Below, piece by piece: positions 60,614 to 64,000 of a stretch of DNA of 64,000 nt. The stretch covers positions 1,152,001 to 1,216,000 of the forward strand of contig OZ253496.1 of NCBI GenBank assembly GCA_965262115.1, read 5' to 3'. Numbering within the stretch: position 1 is the stretch's first letter; each line of letters begins with the position of its first letter. The DNA comes from Nitrospinales bacterium. GTDB taxonomy: Bacteria; Nitrospinota; Nitrospinia; Nitrospinales; VA-1. A program made the translations under genes and the position numbers. The notes under the pieces are model-generated. The model was given only the letters and a program-made list of their open reading frames with translations. It ran no database searches and had not been told where the DNA came from.

Positions 60614-60827
60614 CTGAATCTCCCTATTCATTGACGTTGCAGGTATTTTCCTCAATCTCACGCCGAAAAGCAAGCTGGCCTGACAATCGGAATTGAAAGG
60701 TTGATCCCCAAGGACCGGTTCTTTATACTCAGGAAGCCCCGGTTCTATCAGGGCTATGGCTCCAACCCGGCTAAAGAAGCCTTGAAAATCAGCCGATCAA
60801 TAATAGACCCCCTTGTATGTTGTTCAT

Positions 60828-61044
60828 AAGGGGAATTTGTAGTAGTTGTACCTGTGAGCCCTGTGGGAAGCCGGTTTTGTGTTTTCCACAAGGCTCACAG
60901 GGTTTGATTCAGGGCACAATAGATCGTTTACCCCTTGGGCTTTTAAGCCCGTCCCGAAGCGCAGATTGTTGTGTCCTATTTTGATTAACCCGAACAGTTG
61001 CCTGGGCCACTGAGCCCGCATCGGCAAGGCTGGGAGACCAAATT
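60828..61044 (+). ncRNA. Bridge RNA
   Basis: 5' hairpin 60851-60901; target loop (TTTACCCCT, GTCCCGAAG); donor loop (ACAGTTGC, GCAAG). Confidence 0.82.
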
Positions 61045-61995
61045 ATGAATCAGAAACCCCATTTTATTGGCATCGATATTTCTAAACTCCATCTGGATGT
61101 TGCTGACAGCATGACTCAAGAAACCTGGCAAACCGCTAACAATGAAGAAGGGATTGCTGGTTTGGTCGAGAGTTTATCCGCCTTAAATCCTCCATTGATC
61201 GTTTTGGAAGCCACAGGCGGCTTAGAGATCCCGTTGGCTTCGGCCCTGGTTGCGGGTCGACTGCCAGTAGCCGTGGTCAACCCACGGCAAGTTCGTGATT
61301 TTGCCAAAGCCACCGGGAAACTGGCAAAAACCGATGTCATTGATTCTCTTGTGCTGGCCCATTTTGCCAAGGCCATACGTCCTGAGGTCAGGAAAATCAA
61401 AGACGAAGAATCTCTGGAACTCTCAGCTCTAGTGACACGCCGTCGCCAGTTGATCGAGATGCTGACCAAAGAAAAAACCCGTCTAAAACAAGCTCCAAAA
61501 TGGATATGTAAAGACATTAAGGAGCATATCGAATCTCTTAAAAAACGCTTGCGAAAAATCGATGGCGACCTTTCCAGAACCATCAAAAACAGTTCTGCCT
61601 GGCGTGAGCACGACCAGATCATACAAAGTGTTCCCGGTGCCGGTCCCGTTCTGGCTGTCAACCTCTTGGCCGGGGTTCCGGAACTTGGAGTTCTTAATCA
61701 GAAGCAAATCGCCGCCCTCATCGGTCTCGCTCCCCTCAATCGGGACAGCGGAAAGTTCCGGGGCCGCCGGTGTATCTGGGGCGGTCGCGCCAATGTGCGT
61801 GCCGCTTTATACATGGCCGCCGTCACTGCCATGCAGCATAATCCCGTGATTCGTACCTTTTACACACGCCTCATCGAAAAGGGCAAACCCTTTAAAGTTG
61901 CCATTACCGCATGCATGAGAAAGTTATTAACGATCATCAATACCATGATCAAAACAAAAACACTCTGGAATGAAAATCTCATTGCCAGCACTTGA
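61045..61995 (+). CDS. IS110 DEDD recombinase
   Basis: GIDISK, LEATG, KTD.ID, RDSG catalytic Ser, A.MRKL. Confidence 0.95.
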   Translation: MNQKPHFIGIDISKLHLDVADSMTQETWQTANNEEGIAGLVESLSALNPPLIVLEATGGLEIPLASALVAGRLPVAVVNPRQVRDFAKATGKLAKTDVIDSLVLAHFAKAIRPEVRKIKDEESLELSALVTRRRQLIEMLTKEKTRLKQAPKWICKDIKEHIESLKKRLRKIDGDLSRTIKNSSAWREHDQIIQSVPGAGPVLAVNLLAGVPELGVLNQKQIAALIGLAPLNRDSGKFRGRRCIWGGRANVRAALYMAAVTAMQHNPVIRTFYTRLIEKGKPFKVAITACMRKLLTIINTMIKTKTLWNENLIAST

Positions 61996-62096
61996 CATTT
62001 AACACAGTTGCTTCGGGGCATGGGTGAAATCCCCAACATCTGGTTCCTTCCCGGAACAAGTAGGCAGAGTATGACCCTTTTAGTAGGACAATCAGG

Positions 62097-63602
62097 ATGA
62101 TTGAAAAAATTAACGAGAGGGTTTTGATTTTCATAGTCGCCTTCAATGCTGAAAAAACTATCCTCAATGTTTTAAGACGCACCCTCTCATCCGTATCCAA
62201 GTTGGACCATCAAGTCCTGATCATAGATGACTGTTCTAGAGACAAGACTTTTAGTAAGACTGTTGAAAACCTGACCCAGTTCAAACCTCTCAATATAAAG
62301 GTTCTTTTCAACCCGGAAAAACAGGGTTACGGAGGAAATCAAAAATTGGGATATCACTACGCCATTGAGAACGGATTCGACTTGGTAGTTCTATTACACG
62401 GTGACGGACAGTATGCCCCGGAACGGCTCGATGAAATGATATCAACCATTATCCGGGAAAAGGCGGATGCGGTGATCGGTTCAAGAATGCTTGACGGATT
62501 TTCTGCCCTTAGGGAGGATATGCCTTTATATAAATTTATCGGAAACAAAATTCTTACTTTTATTCAGAACAGACTTCTAAAGACTCGGCTTTCTGAGTTT
62601 CATTCCGGTTACAGGATTTATAATGTGCAGACTCTAACAAAGATTCCTTTCGAACTGAATACCAACGATTTTCATTTCGACACAGAAATCCTGATCCAAC
62701 TAATTCTCGGAAAATTTTTCATTCGAGAAATTCCTATACCTACCTATTACGGAGATGAAATTCGCCATTTCAAAGGGATCAAATATGCATGCGATGTTAT
62801 TTTTCAAACCCTAAAAAGCCGACTTCATCAAGTGTCGCTGTTTTATGAAAGAAAATTTGATATTCGCAGGGGAGTGGAAAAATATACCCTTAAAAGAGGT
62901 TACCCTTCTTCCCATGAGTATGCCATTGCAGAGGTCAAAAACGATTCTACAGTTCTAGATATTGGATGCGGCGAGTCCCTGATGGGAATAGAGCTTGTCA
63001 AAAAAGGATGCCGGGTTGAAGCCATTGATAGCGAAGACTCTCAAGGGAGGGACAAACTTATTAAATTCACCCAAATAAACCTGAACGATGCCGAAGGCCC
63101 TATCCCTGTCGATCAATTCGACTATATCCTTCTTTTAGACGTTCTGGAGCATCTGGAGAATCCAGAAGACTTTGTCTATAACATCAGAAGGCTGTCGAGG
63201 GGGAAACTCCCAAAGATAATTGTTTCGGTCCCCAACATAGGGTGGTTTACAATGCGCCTGCAACTGCTACTGGGTAGATTCAATTATGGAGTCCGCGGGA
63301 TCCTGGATATGGGCCATCGGCGGTTATTTACTTTCAGTACAATTCTTGCAATATTCAAACAGGCGGGTTATAAAATTACCAAATCCATTGGAGTACCGGC
63401 TCCTTATCCATTAGCCATTGGAGATAATTTTATCAGCCGAATATTAATAACTATCAACCAGGGTTTGATTAAAGTTTTCCCGAGCTTGTTCTCGTACCAG
63501 ATATTTTTAGTCACCGTACCCCTGCCCACAGTGAACGAATTACTGCAAACCAGCCAGGATAGTTCTGACAAACTCATTGATGAAATCTCACGACCCCTTT
63601 GA
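62097..63602 (+). CDS. GT2 glycosyltransferase fused to class I methyltransferase
   Basis: IDDCS.D, GYGGNQK, LHGDGQY; VLDIGCG, LDVLEH, VPN. Confidence 0.88.
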   Translation: MIEKINERVLIFIVAFNAEKTILNVLRRTLSSVSKLDHQVLIIDDCSRDKTFSKTVENLTQFKPLNIKVLFNPEKQGYGGNQKLGYHYAIENGFDLVVLLHGDGQYAPERLDEMISTIIREKADAVIGSRMLDGFSALREDMPLYKFIGNKILTFIQNRLLKTRLSEFHSGYRIYNVQTLTKIPFELNTNDFHFDTEILIQLILGKFFIREIPIPTYYGDEIRHFKGIKYACDVIFQTLKSRLHQVSLFYERKFDIRRGVEKYTLKRGYPSSHEYAIAEVKNDSTVLDIGCGESLMGIELVKKGCRVEAIDSEDSQGRDKLIKFTQINLNDAEGPIPVDQFDYILLLDVLEHLENPEDFVYNIRRLSRGKLPKIIVSVPNIGWFTMRLQLLLGRFNYGVRGILDMGHRRLFTFSTILAIFKQAGYKITKSIGVPAPYPLAIGDNFISRILITINQGLIKVFPSLFSYQIFLVTVPLPTVNELLQTSQDSSDKLIDEISRPL

Positions 63603-63682
63603 CAAGCGAACCTGCAAAAGCATTAGGTTTATTTTATCTGATAAAGTTACCCAACAATATCTTCGCCGACCACACCGAGAAT

Positions 63683-64000
63683 ATGACATTCCAGAATAAA
63701 ACCCTCAAAGTTGCATTTTTGGGAACAGTATTGATAATTCTTGCGGGCAATGTTTATTCTCTATTTTTTTACGCCAATCTCATTCCTTTGCATGTGGATG
63801 AAGGGAGATATTTTTTTCATTTTACGAACACATTATTTCAAAATAGATTTGAACTTTATTTTCAATACCCAGTTCATTCACTTACTATTTATTTGGCAAA
63901 AGTGTCTCTCTGGATTTTTGGAAAAACTGGAATTGGTTGGAGACTCCCGGTAATTCTTTTTTCCGTGCTGAGCGGGGGCATTCTTTTTTATTTTGTATGC
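63683..64000 (+). CDS. GT-C/PMT-like membrane protein, 3' partial
   Basis: Open to window end; PLHVDEG..YF, GWRLP. Confidence 0.6.
   Translation, partial: MTFQNKTLKVAFLGTVLIILAGNVYSLFFYANLIPLHVDEGRYFFHFTNTLFQNRFELYFQYPVHSLTIYLAKVSLWIFGKTGIGWRLPVILFSVLSGGILFYFVC

Larger units (their letters stand above)
60812..62012 (+). mobile_element. Complete IS110-family (IS621-like) element
   Basis: CT cores at 60812-13 and 62011-12; long left non-coding end; intact recombinase. Confidence 0.9.

Overview
Bacterial chromosomal window. Gene content suggests a Nitrospinota (Nitrospina-like) nitrite oxidiser; this is inference from hpnA, Mo-cofactor genes, a diheme-c/EB_dh-type protein and many Lcl/DUF1566 paralogues. 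Housekeeping genes (dut, dgt, serA, mobBA, moeA, frameshifted prfB, RNase Z-like, PPIases) are mixed with decayed glycosylation genes and many palindromic repeats. Main results: (1) a complete IS110 element (60812-62012) whose bridge RNA can be read from the sequence: CT cores, a promoter formed on circularisation, and donor and target guides. Its target guides match the hairpin end of (2) a 39-41 bp dispersed mini-element (about 12 copies) that inserts without duplication into several REP-like palindrome families, with filled and empty sites both visible. (3) A ~20 kb locus (13-33 kb) has eight Lcl/DUF1566 genes (seven without signal peptide), two CX7CX2C radical SAM paralogues, a B12 radical SAM, an NDUFAF7-like methyltransferase, and TPR, NHL and LRR proteins with poly-acidic tails; it is a candidate undescribed system. 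(4) A promoter with four NrdR-like boxes but no reductase gene precedes a terminator/antiterminator upstream of dut. All family calls are by motif recognition; no database searches were run.
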